Made by a program: the position numbers and the translations under genes
Assembly: GCA_964016885.1 (NCBI GenBank)
Contig: OZ024741.1
Location: 298,716,001-298,780,000, forward strand
Origin: Eledone cirrhosa
Taxonomy: Eukaryota
Length of the DNA stretch: 64,000 nucleotides
Reading direction: 5' to 3'
Notes under the pieces: model-generated
The model's database searches: none
Told to the model about the DNA's origin: nothing
What the model saw: only the letters and a program-made list of their open reading frames with translations
Shown here: piece by piece, positions 14,063-28,790 of the stretch
How the letters are laid out: each line of letters begins with the position of its first letter
How positions within the stretch are numbered: the first letter of the stretch is position 1

Positions 14063-16590
14063 CTCTCATTGGAATTTACACAACATCAACTAGGTAGATA
14101 TGTATGTATGTCTGCATGCATGCATGTGTAGATATGGATGTTATTGTATGTGTGGATGTGTATGTTTTGAGTTGTATGTGTGCATGTGTATATGCTTTGT
14201 ATCTGTACATGTGTATATGCAGTTATTAGATGCAAATTTTTTGGAATGTTTTACATATTTTTACTGTTCCATTAATGGATTGTACTTGTAATTTCCTAAC
14301 TAGTTGTGTTCTTTCTGTTCCTGTGAAGCCTAGCTTCTCAAGATTTGTATTGAGGCAGTTACTAACATATCCCAGTGCCCCAATAATCACAGGCATAAAT
14401 CTGGTGTAATCAGGGTGGAGTATCTGCAGATTTCTCATCAGTTCTGCATAAATATTCTCCTTTTCACTAATCTTTGATATTATATTGGCATCTGCTGGGC
14501 AGCTAATTTCCACTACTGTGCATGTTTTCTTCTCCCTGTCCCATATCATAATATCTGGTCTGTTATGCCTGCATTTTATTGGGGTTTTTACTGGAACATT
14601 CCACCAGTACTCTTTCATATTATGTACATGGATGTCTTCCATATTGCTGTAGCTTTTAATGTGTTTATTATCGGGGCTATCTTTTTTACGAACTGCATTG
14701 TACAGTGTTTTGGCCACTACATCATGCCTCATAGGTAGATAGTACCGCGATGGCATCTTTGGGCAGCTGCTGATGACATGGGTGATATCTTCGATGTTAG
14801 TTCTGCAGAGTCTGCACTTGTTATCACATCTAGGTGTTTTGCCTGCATCCCTATCTCTTTTCTGAATCAGGTATTTTGTGCTAATCTCCTGTTCTTGGAT
14901 TGCAAAAGCGTATCCTTGAAAGTGGGAGCCAATATAGCGGTTGTTGGTCCAAGATAGACTACTTTCCTTATCTATATTACTCTCACTCTGGAGCTTCCTG
15001 GCAACATATCCGTGCATGATTTTTTGCTGATAGGCATGCAGTTTTTCATCCATGGATTCACTGCGATACTGCTGAGCGACATCCCTGGGTGTGAGTTTTT
15101 GATTATCACACAGGGAATATCTCGCAAGGAGTTCCTTCCAAACTCTCATGATCTTATCTGTTTCATGCAGATAGACTTGCTCGAGAAACGGGCTCCTACG
15201 CTTGGAGGTTCGTAGATGTTGTCGGAGAGATATGATGCGACATTCAAATGTTGTCTGGACTTATGTTAGGCCTCTGCCTCCCTGCTTACGTTTTAAGTAA
15301 AGGCGGCCTATGTCACTGTTGATGTGGAAGTTTCCGGTGTTGTTCAGTAATTTTCGAGTTCCAGCATCAACTGCTCGGATTTCGTCTATCGTCCAATTGA
15401 GTATTCCAAACGTTGGTGTTAGGACAGGCACAGCAAACACATTGTGAGCCACTGTTTTGTTTTGCGCAGAGAGTTCCGATGACCAGATCTTTCTTAATCG
15501 GGTGTAGTATTCCCTGGTTACGCGTTCTTTATTACAGATACCATTATAGGATATGTTCTCATCTATCCCCAGGTATCTGTAGCAGTCCTCATCAGATATC
15601 GGTGAAACAGTTAGACCATTGATGACAATGTTGCTAGATTGGGTTGTTGTTTTTCCCCGCTTTACAGTCATGTATGAGCATTTATTTTGGCCAAACTCCA
15701 TTCCTATATCCTTTGAGAACGTTGTAACCAGGTCAAGATTTTTCTTCATCCCATCCATGTTCTTGGCATAGAGTTTCAGATCGTCCACAAAGAAGTTATG
15801 GGTTAGGTTCGTATTTCTGTCCTCCTGTGAGCCAATGATGTATCCCTCAAATTTCTTTAGCAGAAAGGACAAGGGGTTTAATAACAAGTTGAACAATATC
15901 ACAGAGAGACTGTCCCCCTGAAATATACCCCTGCAATATTTTATTTTATCAGTGAAAATAGAGTCCTCCCTCTGTCTTTAACCAAGAAGAAGACAGCCTC
16001 TCTATGGCTCTGAAAATAATGTCTGGGACTTTAGCAAGTTGGAGGGCCTCTATCATCCAAGAGTGGGGAACAGAATCGAAAGCTTTCTTGTAGTCCAGCC
16101 AGACTGTAGTCATATTCCTCCTAAGTTGTCGCACCTCCGACATCGCAGTTTTGTTGATTAGGAGTTGTTCAGCACATCCCCAAACCCCTTTCTTTCCAGC
16201 TGCTTGTTCATCTGTGATGATGTTATTATTTTCACAGTGATCTTGGAGGAATAGGTTGAGGCAGGCTGTATACATCTTATACATCAGGTTTTGGCATGCA
16301 ATGGGTCAGTAGTTTTTTGCCAAGTGGATGTCTTTGTTCTTGCGGACCAGTAACGTTTGTGCTAATGTCAACCATTCTGGTATAAGTGTATCTCCCTTAA
16401 GAACTTGTTGGTAGAGGTCAGTAAGATACCTCCGATAGAATATTAGTTTTTTGTACCAGTAGCCGACAATCATGTCTCTTCCTGGTGTTTTCTTATCTTG
16501 GAGTTTTCCTATCACAGTCTCAAGGGTACCCTCATTTATTTCGTATGTTTTTGTTGTAGTGTAGGAGCAATAGTTCTTTCGGATTTCTCT
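14057..16590 (-). mobile_element. R4/Dong-like non-LTR retrotransposon (RT, CCHC finger, restriction-like endonuclease), 5'-truncated and frameshifted
   Basis: ORF fragments 16306-16515, 15949-16284, 15261-15902 and 14226-15149. Motifs: WLDYKKAFDSVPH, QGDSLS, FVDDLK, YRYLG, CRLC-x7-H-x4-C, RHD, RPDI...VEISCP...K. Clade assigned from motif style. Confidence 0.88.
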
Positions 16591-16642
16591 TATGTATGTA
16601 TGTATGTATGTATGTATGTATGTATGTATGTATGTATGTATG

Positions 16643-16673
<31 letters not shown>

Positions 16674-17184
16674 TATATATATATATTTCTCATATCAGGG
16701 TAAAGCTTGTCGAAATTTAACAAGTGAATTCTGTGTCGAATTTGCAGTTCCTGATCGTGACCTTTTGTAACTTAACGTCCGAGGCAATCGTATGAGTCAA
16801 ATTCTTCTCTACTTCGCTCGATGTTGTTGATGTTTGGTATCCGTTATATCCGTAACGGAAATTGCATATAACTTTAGATTTACCAAGGTGTATATTTGCA
16901 CACACACACACACACCCATCTATATATATAAACACACACATAATACATATAGAGACATGCATACATACTCACACACATAGAAACACACACAATACGCACA
17001 CACATATATTTATATACACACAAGCGCGCACACACACACACAAACACACACACACGTACACACACACACACACGCACACATACACACACACACACACACA
17101 AGTACGTACGCACAAGCGTATGCACAAACTCATATACAAAAGTGCACACACAAAAATGCGCAGACATATATAATTATGTGCGTA

Positions 17185-17289
<105 letters not shown>

Positions 17290-17610
17290 ATTGAAATATG
17301 TAGTTGCTGCATTGCAGAATGGTTAAGAAGTTCGCACTGCAGACATTGCGTCCTGGATTCGATTCCACTGCATAGACTCATGTGAATCTGTTATTTTCCA
17401 TTGCCTTGGATTGATCTATGTCTTGTGAGTGAAATTAGATAGAGGGAAGCTGTTCGGAAGCCCGTCAGATTAAGGATACACGTGTCTGTGGAATGTTTAG
17501 GCACTTCACATTAATCTCACTAGCAACTGTACCGTTGATAAAATGTTGCGACAGCAATCGTCGAAATTGATAGAGGTCCGTTAATAAAAACTGAAATAAT
17601 TAAAGATATA

Positions 17611-17963
17611 ATTGTTTCTACTATTGGCACAAGGCCAGCAATTCACCAGTACATTACTGGTACTTTTATTTTATCGACCCCATTAGATGAAAGGCAAAGT
17701 TAACGTCGGCGGGATTTGAACTCAGACCGTAAAGGGACGTAATTATGCTAGAAAGCATGGGGTCCGACTGTCTACTGATACTGCCAATCCTAAATATATA
17801 ATTGTTTCTACTTTAGGCACACGGCCAGCAATTACCCAGTGCATTACTGGTACTTTATTTTATCGACCCCGTAAGGATGAAAGGCAAAGTCAACCTCGGC
17901 GGGATTTGAACTCAGATCGTAAAGGGACGTAACTATGCTGGAAAGCATGGCGTCCGACCCTCT
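17611..17963 (-). mobile_element. two adjacent family A SINEs
   Basis: Two near-identical minus-strand copies; CTAAATATATAAT is duplicated around the second (about 17790 and 17962). Confidence 0.85.
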
Positions 17964-20442
17964 AAATATATAATGTTTCCCATTTCTAGGTGGGGTGGCT
18001 GTTGCAGCCTGTGTCGCTGTCCAAACCTTTGCCATTTTGTTCGCGGGCTGCAGCCGAAGCACCACTCTTACCGAGGTGTAGGGTCTATCATCCTCTCCCC
18101 TCTCCCCTTTCTTACTTTCCTTTTCTAGTAGTCCTTTCCTCTCATTTATCGCATTTATAGTCCTTTCCAATACTGCTCTTTTTTTCTGAATGTTCAACAA
18201 AATATTAAATTATTATAAAATCTCTATTATTTACTCTAGGCTGACTATGAAAATAATGATTTCTAATTTAGGAACAAGACCGGCAATCTATTGAGAAGGG
18301 AAAAGGCTTATATCGAGACCAGTACTTGACTAGTATTTTATTTTATCGAACTCTGAAGGATGAAAGGGAAATTCGACCTCGATTGGATTTGAATTTAGGA
18401 CATAATGCATGCATTCATTATTTGTAACTCCCGAAGGAGTCGTAGGGGCGTCGTATTGACATATGGCGTTTCTAAACCTGGAGGAGCCTATCCCTCCCTA
18501 TGTCTGAATACAGCAGATTTCTTCCAGAGAGAGATAGAGAGTAAGAAAGAGATATAGAGGAAGTGAGACAGAGATATAGAGGAAAAATCAATCTCAGTAC
18601 ATTTTTTTATCACTCTGGAAAAGATGAAAGGCAACGTTGACCTCGGCGGGATTTGAACTCAGAAGCAGAGAGCCTAAACGAATACTGCAAAGCATTCTAT
18701 GTTCTAACGACTCTACCAATTTGCCACCTAGAACATAATGAGCCGTTACTAAAAACCACAAAGTAAGTGTTTTATCCGATGCTCTAACATTTCTCCGAAT
18801 CCACGGTTTTTTGTAAATAACTCATAACCAGGAGGACTGAAACTCTAACTATTCATCTTTACTTTTAGAATACATTGATAACTTCTTTTACAACCAGCAC
18901 GACTACCTACACCTAAGCTATTTACATGAATAATAAATTGTATTTTTTGTGGTTTTACAAAATATTTCTTTATGATCAATGCTAAAAGAATAATCTGTTT
19001 ACGAAAAGAAACATTTGTGTAGTAATGTTAAATGATTAAAGAGTCTGCAGTTGTTTTAACATTGTAAAAGTAGTCATCATAAAAATTGGAATTCCTCCCA
19101 AAGTAGGTAATTGTTTCTTGATTCTTCATAAACAAGGACGAGAGCAGTGTTAATGTATAATTGTTTCTAACATAGGCACAAAGCCAACAATTTAGCAGGA
19201 AGTGAACATTGGTTAAATCGGCGCCAGTACTTTACTGGTACTTTATTTTATCGACTCAAGAAGGATGACGGTAAAGTTAATCTCGGTGAGATTTGAACAC
19301 AGAACGTAAAAAGCCGGAATAAATACCACAAACAAAACAGTTCCTTCGGCGCTCTACATATTCAGCTAATCCACCACACTGAGTGTTAATATATAATGCA
19401 AATAGACATCTCGGTCGCAGGAATCGTATACTGGGCTGTGTGCGTACACATCTCTCTGGTAACTTTAGTGGCATAATTAATTAGGAATACCAAGTAGTTA
19501 TAAACATCTTCATGCCTTCTATAGCCATGAGATTATAAGACTGATTGATGAATGTTAATTTCTACTGAAATATGAGCCATGCAGAAATGAGATCTTACTC
19601 TGATAAAAAACAACCAAACGTTGATTCAGTTCTTTAATATCCGAGAAAAGTTCTTTAATCATTACCACTGCACATTACCATAGAATGCATGAGCAATTAC
19701 GAAGAGTTTGGACCTGTTAGAAATAGCAGTCAAATCACCTTCATACCATACTTTACGTTTAGAAAATGATGAAGGATAAAGTGGAAAACGTGATGCTATA
19801 TCTGCAAATAAAAATATCACGCTGAATCTCCCTGAGAACTATATTATAGGTCCACGTGTTTGTGAAGTATTCAGCCACTTGCACATTATTTTCAGGAGCA
19901 TGCAGTTCCGTTGTTCGTAAAACTGGAATACTCATTGTCGGAACCGACGAAGGCCGTGTGCTAGCACTTATTTAGTGAATGTCATCAAAAAATGAGAATA
20001 ACAGAAATAACTACAAATAGTTAGACTACTATATAAACATTATAACAGCATCCCCAGCCCCTCTGTTTTACATTTATGTATTTTCTTGAAGTCATGACTT
20101 TCAAATCTATTTCGAGGTAACTCTGTTTTTGAAATGATTTCAAATGTATTTTTGTTCTTAGCAGATTTTACGAGTTTTATTTTAACTTGAATAGAAAGCG
20201 TATTCACATTAGATTTCTACAGTAAAAAAAAAGGTTAAAAAAAAACAAAAGTACCGAAAAAAATTAAAACAAGTCTAAGCAGTTTTTCTTTTACCTGAGG
20301 CTCAGATTCTAATATCTAATGAAGTATTTTAGTAACGCTATGAGCAAGACTGTTGCCCACATGCCACCACTTTCAATTTGTGTCGCATGGTGTAAATCTC
20401 TTTTTATAAATATTTTAATTAATTCCGGGTGTAAGAGAGTCT

Positions 20443-23400
20443 ATTGTGCAGCCTGGTCTCCAGGAAGCGAGGAGGTAAGTGAATTCTTTCCTCTTCTTTT
20501 CTAACTTTTCCTCACCAGCATGGCCGATATAAAAGTCGGATGTGTGAATGTGCGCGGGCTGGGGATGCCCTGGAAACAGAGCAAACTCTTAAACGACCTC
20601 AGGTCGCACAGTATGGATGTAATTGTTATCTGCGAGTCCAGGATCCACAGCGAGCGACAGCTGGCTCCCATCTTCGATGACTATGAGATCTACGCATCTC
20701 TATGTCAGCCTGGAAGTGGGAGCGGGGTTGCCGTTTTGCTGAGGAAACACCTGGACCTCGTAACACAGACGGTACATCTGGACCCGGAGGGTCGACTGGT
20801 GGTCCTAGACGCTGACGGTAGTGAAAGTGGAGCCTTCAGGCTGGTGGTCGCATATGCCCCATCCAGGACTCCGCGGCCAGACTTCTTCAAACGTCTAGAT
20901 ACTTTTCTGTGAACCTCCCGCTCATTGCTTTTAGTGGGGACTGGAATGGAATCCTAGATGCACGTTGGGATTATGTGGGAGCATGTCCCTATAAATGGGG
21001 TGTGACAGCCTCAAACAGTTAATCGGCCGATTTGATCTGGCCGATAGATATCGACTAGATTTTCCGACTGTGCCACTGTGGACGTGGAATAATCGTAGCG
21101 GAACATCTAGATCGTACCTAGATAGGGTTCTAGTTAGAAATAAGGATAGAGACATGTTAAGCTGTCCACAAATGTTCATGGTTGCCTATTCAGATCACAA
21201 ACTAGTGACCTGCATGGTCAACCTTGATAGAACCCATAGACAGAGACCCGGCTACTGGAAACTGAACTTGTCGTTACCGACATGCAAAGCCTACAGTAGA
21301 CGGATTAGCACTTTAGTTAAACAGCACTTGACAGGGGCCATTGTCAACAACAGATTGTGGTACTCTCTCAAGAGGGCAGTTAGATTAGACTCGTTAGTTT
21401 TTAGTAAAGAATTAGCGTTAGATAGAAATAGGACCGAGAAGGAACTAGTAGATAAAGTAGAAGAGGCAATTAGAAGTGGCAACGTAGCCAGCGTGCTAGC
21501 GACGAGAACGGCCTTGGACCAGTTCTTCGACGCAAAGCATGAGGGCTGCGTTGTCAGAAGCAAACTACGTGCTCTGGGTAACGAGGGGCCAAAGCTGTTA
21601 GTTGGGCCCGAGCGACGGAGGCGAAAAGTGGCAACAAGTCCACGATTCGGTCTTTGAAGGACCAAGAAGGACGCGTGATACGTGAGCCGAAGCAGATGTG
21701 CGCAGCCTATCAGCGGCACTTTGCTCAACTGTTCGGGCTGCCGCGACTCTCGGACAGCAAGGCGAAGTTCAGAGAAAGGCCGATTTCGGCTGCTGAGATA
21801 GGGGACGCGCTGAGCCAATGTGGCAAACGCAAATCTCCAGGTCTCGAGGGTCTACACTACGAATTTTACGTAGCAATGCCGGACTTGTTCTCAATCTCTG
21901 AAACTGGCAGCAGAACGGGAGAACTCTCAGTTCTGTGACCAAGGGCGTAGTCACGCTAGTCAGCAAGGACGAGAATAAGGGCGATGACATAGGTAACTTC
22001 CAGGCCCATAACTCTGCTAAACACAGAGTTACAGATTTTGGCCAAGGTGTTGGCAAAGAGGCTGTCGCTTGTCGTCGAAAACCTGGTGGGAGAAGCGCAG
22101 ACATGCGCAATCCTGACCAGGTCCATACACGATAATCTCCACCTCATGCCATACATCGTAGAGAGGGTAGGCTGTAAACCCCGCTTCGGTGAGGCCCTGT
22201 TCAACTTGGATCATTCTAAGGCTTTCGATAGGGTTGACCATCGTTACTTGGATGCGGTGCTCGAGGCAGCAGGCTTCGGACCCGTGTTCAGGGGCTGGAT
22301 TGCTGCGATGCACAACATCAACATCTGCTTAAGGGTCAAGGCGAACCGCTACCTCTCAGAGCCGTTCCATATCACGCAATCCATTCTACAGGGATGCCCT
22401 CTCTCCTCCCTTCTGTACGTACTGACTCTCTAGCCACTACTGCGGAAGTTGGAGTTATCGAGGAAGTCGGCACCTTACTGAAGGAATACGAAAGGTTCAC
22501 AGGAACGAAACTGAACCGGAACAAGTCCGTCGGTTTGCAACTCGGATCGTGGAGAGGCAGACCGATGCCTTCCGATGGCGTCGTCGGACGCTGGACGGAA
22601 GGACCGATGAAGCTGCTCGGGGTCTGGTTTGGTCCGGACCTCCAGGTGGAGAAGAACTGAAACGAGGTGACGGCCAAGCTGTTTGCGCTCACACAGAAGT
22701 GGGCCGACTGCAAACTATCCTTGAAAGGTCGAGCGGAGGTGGCGAACACTTTTATAGCGTCCGTCATCTACTACCGCTTGACCGTCGTGCCTTGTCCAGC
22801 CAAAACGCTCACTAAAATGGAGCGCGCGCTCTTCCAATTCCTTTGGAAGAAGCGGGCTCCTTTGGTGAGAAGATCCATCTGCTGCCAACACCCTTCCAAC
22901 GGAGGGCTAGGGTGCCGTGGCTGACGATGCACAAACACGCGCTCAGGTGGCGGCACCTCCACGTATTCCTCACCGCACAACCGGTGTGGGCTCTGTTCGT
23001 GAGGCAAGCCTTCCCACGACTCGTCTCGCTGACCGAGCTGCAGTCCTGGGTCAAGAAAAGACCGAGGAAAATGGGCGACTGGCACATTGAATGTGCTCAG
23101 GCGCTCACAGCCCTCTGGCAGGCAGACCCGGCGATCAGTGGAGACTCCACTTCGTCATTCTATAGAGGGTTGTTCTGCAGCAAGTGCGACGACACGCTCG
23201 GAGAAACTGTAGGCGTAGAGGAGGACGAACTGGCCAGTCTGTTCGGTAGGACCTTCCACCCAGGACCAATGGACAGCTTCCCAAAGTCCCTGGTCTGGCA
23301 GTGCTACCGAGGAGCTCTACCAGTTCGAGACAAGCTCTACAGACATGGGCGCCCGGGCAGGGACCCTTCGAAAAAGATCTGTCCGAGATGCTTGCGAGAC

Positions 23401-24030
23401 GAATAAACCGGCGCGCACGCATTCGTACACTGCCCGGGTGTTACCGACCTGTGGGGCTATGTAGAACAACTATTGTCGCGGGTGGGACCAATCCTGTTGA
23501 CCACCGAGTCCATTGTTATGATCAAACTGCCACCCTCCTTCAAAAACGAAAGAGAGGCGGTTTTCCTCTGTGTGATATCTATTGCGAAAGAGGTTGTATG
23601 GTGGACAAGGTTATAAGGGCTGAGGTCAGACACCTTTCTCTCTGGTCAACAACTGCTTCTTTTTTTCAAATACCACTTTGGAAGAAGAATCAGGATAGAG
23701 AGAGAGGTGTTGTACCACAGAAAGCTTTATGAAAGGTGGGTGAAAGTGGCGAGAATGGCCCGAGTGAATGGGCCTTCTCTCTATATCAGTTTGTAGGTTG
23801 AGGAAAAAGAGGAATAGAGGAAAGGGTACTCACTCTTCGTACTCCTGAAGATGAGGGTTGCACATTTTTTGGGGGGTATGTGTTACCCATATGTAATGTC
23901 TCCCTCTATTGGGGAAAATCGATTGTTTTTTAAATTGCATTTCTGATAGTATTTTACACGTTTTTATTGTATGTAAACTTCCCCCTTTGTATTTGTCCCC
24001 TTCTTTTGTGCCCCTGTGGCTAATAAAGAA
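20443..24030 (+). mobile_element. Tx1/L1-clade LINE ORF2 (APE, RT, zinc finger), decayed
   Basis: ORF2 starts at 20520 (NVRGL, ICES, WTW, SYLDR, SDH, GYWKLN). RT motifs KAFDRVDH and QGCPLS, then CPRC-x4-ETGAHAFVHC, stop at about 23797 and AATAAA at 24022. Several frameshifts; the YADD region is deleted near 22430. Confidence 0.92.
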
Positions 24031-24137
24031 ACATATCCATCTATCTATCTATCTATCCATCTATCTATCTATCTATCTATCTATATCTATCTATCTATAT
24101 ATCTGACTGTCTGTCTGTCTAGCTGTCCGTGTGTCTG

Positions 24138-24237
<100 letters not shown>

Positions 24238-26551
24238 TAAATATATATGATGGCCGCATCTCGATTTCGACTATTGCGATCACTTGATCCTATATGGTTG
24301 CCAAGGACTTATTCTTTTCTGCATATGCTGTAGTGAAAAAAAAAAGAACATTTTTCGGTTACACCCAGCTATGTTCATGCAACACGCAAGGAAAGTATTT
24401 AGAATAAGTGATATCTGACCTTAAAGCTTTTTAAAGAAGAAGTGCCTTGCATTGAACCAATCCCACCCTCTGAATGATGGGTTAGGGTATCCAGAAAGAA
24501 GAACTCATCAACATCACTGGGTGCCTTCGAATTGCAGGTTTTAGATCAAAGTTTTTCTTTTCACTCTCGGTGGGATACCGCGCGCTCAGGCACTAAATCG
24601 TGTAATTCCATGCCCCCCCCCCACACACCCATACACCCACACCCACACCCACAAACCCACACACACGCACGCACACACACACACAATTAAGGAAGTTATC
24701 CCGATGGGGATCGGAAATAACCACAATTAAATAAGTTACTCAATACGTTAGCAGAGAATAAGCATATTTATTTTATGTACGATTGATTTCTACAGAATTA
24801 GAACTGTTTCGGGTCCGCCTTATGTTAAGTATCATGTCTCGACGACATAATGATTAGATTTATAGACATTTCAAGTATGTAAGTATAAAAGGGAGTGAAA
24901 GAGAGATTATGTGACGTTTATGCGTTACTCAAAGGTATTTAAAACAACAGTGAAGGAAGTTAAATAGTTACAATCAGAAAGTTTCAACAACTCTTCGTGT
25001 ATTTATCTCTGTTATAAGTCATTAAACGATACTAATCGTTTCTAATATAGGCTTAAGATCATGCATTTAGAAGAGAAGGAACAATTACCAGAACATCAAC
25101 CCAAGTACTTTACTGGTACTTATTTTGTTCTAGGAATATCATCTATCGTACCCGACATATACTCATTTTCCCATTAAAAATCTTTTAAAGGTTGTCTTCT
25201 ACATGAAAAGTATACACGTCAGTGAAACTCTTGAAACTTCTATGAGTAAAAAATTTTATAGGGATATGGGTGGAGTGGTGAGTCCCATTTTGTATGTCTT
25301 ATTAGACATACTTAGATCTTAGAGTGGCTTAGTGAAATAGCTTTTTGCGGGTAGGTCATTCGCTTATTAGGCAAATCTTAACTATAATAAAGGAAGGTCT
25401 GCGGGATTGCGTCCAGAATATATTTTTTTACCCCGTTTGTAAAATAAGTTGGATTACTTTGATTACATACTGAATGAATATTACATAATTTATGTGCTAA
25501 ATTTCGTGGCTGTTGATTAAATATATTTTATAGCTTATTTAAAGATCTTTAAAATTCAATTCTTTAAAATTATCAAATGTCAACACTTCCTGTTAGCGGC
25601 TGTTATGTTATAACACTTATAATCGCATATATTTCCGTCGCTAATTTTCTCCTAATGCAGTTTATATATAATGTCGTCTTTTTTTAATATATCATGGATT
25701 ACTGATTACAGAAGACAGTGTAACATAGGCTTTGTTCAATTTCTGTGTATATCGTCAATTACGATTTTATTTGATGTATCATATTTACATGCATATATAT
25801 TTGTGTATAATATCAATATACACACTACACGTGCTAGCAGAAAACCACCCATAAGGTGGTTTTTGTGCTAGTTAAAATAATGATATTGGGAAATTTTGCA
25901 AGGGAATCAATCGTTTGCACGAAGAATGCATTATTTAAAGCAGGTCATGGATTGGTAGTATCGGTAGAGGGTCGGACGCCATGCTTTGCAGCATAGAGTT
26001 ACGGCCCTTTATGATCTAAGTTCAGCTCACGCCTAAGTTAACTTTGCCTTTCATCCTTACCGGGTCGATAAAATAAAGCACCAGTAATGCAATGGGATAA
26101 TTGCTGGCTTTGTGCCAAAAGTAGAAACAATTATTTAATGCTGACCACTATACTTAATATGGGGAACTGAAAAAGAGAGAGAACCCTCGAAATTTAAATC
26201 AACCAGAAGTTAAATGGAGATATATCTAGAGACATATTTCGGTCGTATTAAATCTTGTCCTGAGAATTTGGTAATTATTGAGATGAATATATTTCACTGG
26301 GGAGGTCCATTAGTCTTAACATCGCACTATGATCTCTCTATTATACGTATGCATGAATCCATATATCCTACTGGAGGAGGAGGGGCGTCGTGGTGACATA
26401 TCTTTTAAACCTAACAGAGCCCCTCCTCTTCTCAGGTCTGAACACAGCTGATTTCTTCCAAAGAAATAGAGAGAAAGATAGATAGATAGAGTGAGAGAGA
26501 GAGAGAGAGAGAGAGAAAGAAAGAGAGGGAGTGAGAGAGAGAAAGAGAGGA

Positions 26552-26616
<65 letters not shown>

Positions 26617-27976
26617 AAGTAAGAAAGAAATATAGTGGAAGAATTGACCCCAGTACTGGCTGGGAACTTTTTTTTATTGACTTCAAAGGGTCTTTTTTTT
26701 TTATCTCTAGTACATCGCTACAATCACAAAGTCTTTTATGTCCTCCATCTCAGCAAGACATTAATTGTCGTAGTTCTATCTTCTCTCCAATTATCAGCAC
26801 CCATACAACTACAGACACATATTACCAAAACTTACACAGTTTTTGGCCAGTTTTGTTGATTGTAAGACAACGATTTCCAACAGATTATTTAAGTTAGAAA
26901 ATAATAAATTGAATTTCGTTTTATACTGAAAATGAAAAAGGAAAGGAAAAGCAAAACAAAAGCATCGTCAAGTCATAAAAGATATTGAAGTCGGTAAAAA
27001 GTTGAAGATCAAAGTAATGCTGATGGAATAATGGATATAAAATGTAGCAGCTAGAAAGAAAGAAGTGGGATTGGAGTGTGTGAGAGAGAGAGGGGGAGAG
27101 GGAGAGAAAGGAAGTAAAGTAGATAAAAAAGTGATACACAGGTAGAACGGGAAAGGGAGAGAAAGAGAGGGGGTAGTAAAGCAAAAGTAGAAAAATTATA
27201 CTGATATACAGGTAATAGGAGAGAGAGAGAGGGTGAGAGAGAGAGAAGAAAAAAGGAGAGGGAAGTAAAATAGTTTAAAAAGTGATATATGGGTACACGA
27301 GGAAGTGAGAATGAGAAATAGATAGAGATAGAAGGTGAGAGAGAAAGAGAGAGAGTGATAGTGGGTGATAGAGAAAGAGAGGGGTAGAAGTAAAATAAAT
27401 AAAAAAGATAGTGATAAACAAGTAGAATGAAAGAAAGAAATAGAGATAGAGACGAAGATAAGGAAACGGAAAGAATAGGAGGGGGAGTAAAAAAGATTTG
27501 GTGTTAGTCATCAATGGACAATTTCAAATTTTATGAATCAACGACTCACTCGAGGAATAGTGGATTATAATGAAAAGCCAGACTAATAAATTAGTGCTGG
27601 TGATTCGTCACTATTACACACTGTATTCTGTAGCTATTTATAACAAATACTCTGTACATCAAGTTTTATACGTGGCTGTACTACATATTTTCACCAATGT
27701 TAGCTGGACAATGATGCTATCATATGGGTTGGACCTCAGTCGGTTCCGACGACGAGTGTTCCAGTTGCTAGAATAATGGAACAGCCTGTATCATAAATTG
27801 ACATGTAAGGGACTGAGCATTCCACGAACACTCATAACGTAGTTCTCGGAGAGATTCAGCGAGGCCTTTGAATTACAGATAGAACTCGTGGATTAGTGCA
27901 ACGGTAGATAGTTTTGTTCAAGGACACATCACACTGCCCGTAATAGACCTTACGACCGTGAGCTGAATACCCTAAC

Positions 27977-28351
27977 AAACCTGTCAACTCTTCCCATCCG
28001 ACGGGGAGATCTCCCACCCACTTTGGGGTGGATGACAGTTGTCTTCTCTTGTGAAAATGCGTATAGTTTTCATTATTGGCAGTATCAGTAGAGGGTCGGA
28101 CGCCATGCTTTGATGCAAAGAGTTACGTCCCTTTACGATCTGAGTTCAAATCCCGCCGAGGCTAACTTTACCTTTCATCCTTACGGGGCCGATAAAATAA
28201 AGTACCAGTAATGTACTGGGTAATTGCTGGCCTTGTGCCAAAAGTAGAAACAATTATCTAAAATCACTCCATTTTGCCTCAGTTCTCCCCGCTTTGGGGC
28301 ACCCTTTTTCATAATACTGACCATTTGGGTTTTTAGAGGTTAGCACGTCTG
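27977..28351. mobile_element. MITE (same family as 415-603) carrying a nested SINE
   Basis: Homologous to 415-603, with CCCTAAC duplicated at 27970-27976 and 28352-28358. A family A SINE is inserted at about 28078-28252. Confidence 0.78.
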
Positions 28352-28561
28352 CCCTAACCATTAAATCACACACCTTCCCAATGCTGAGAAGTTGTGAATT
28401 TATATTTCAGAATAGTGAAATTATATTTAAAACAATACCCGATGGTCCAAGCACAACGAAAACTATAAAATATTGTGAATGAAATAAATAGACAGACGAA
28501 TGACTGATTGGCTAAACAATTTGGTAGACGGAAATTATACGAAAGCCTGTCATATATGTAC

Positions 28562-28677
<116 letters not shown>

Positions 28678-28790
28678 AAACCACTTGTTGCACTCCTGTC
28701 ACAGCATTTAGATTAAGCTATCTGTATTCTTCAAACCTCTCTCTCCCATTTCTCCTACCACTACATATCTATCTCTCCCTCTCCCTTTCC

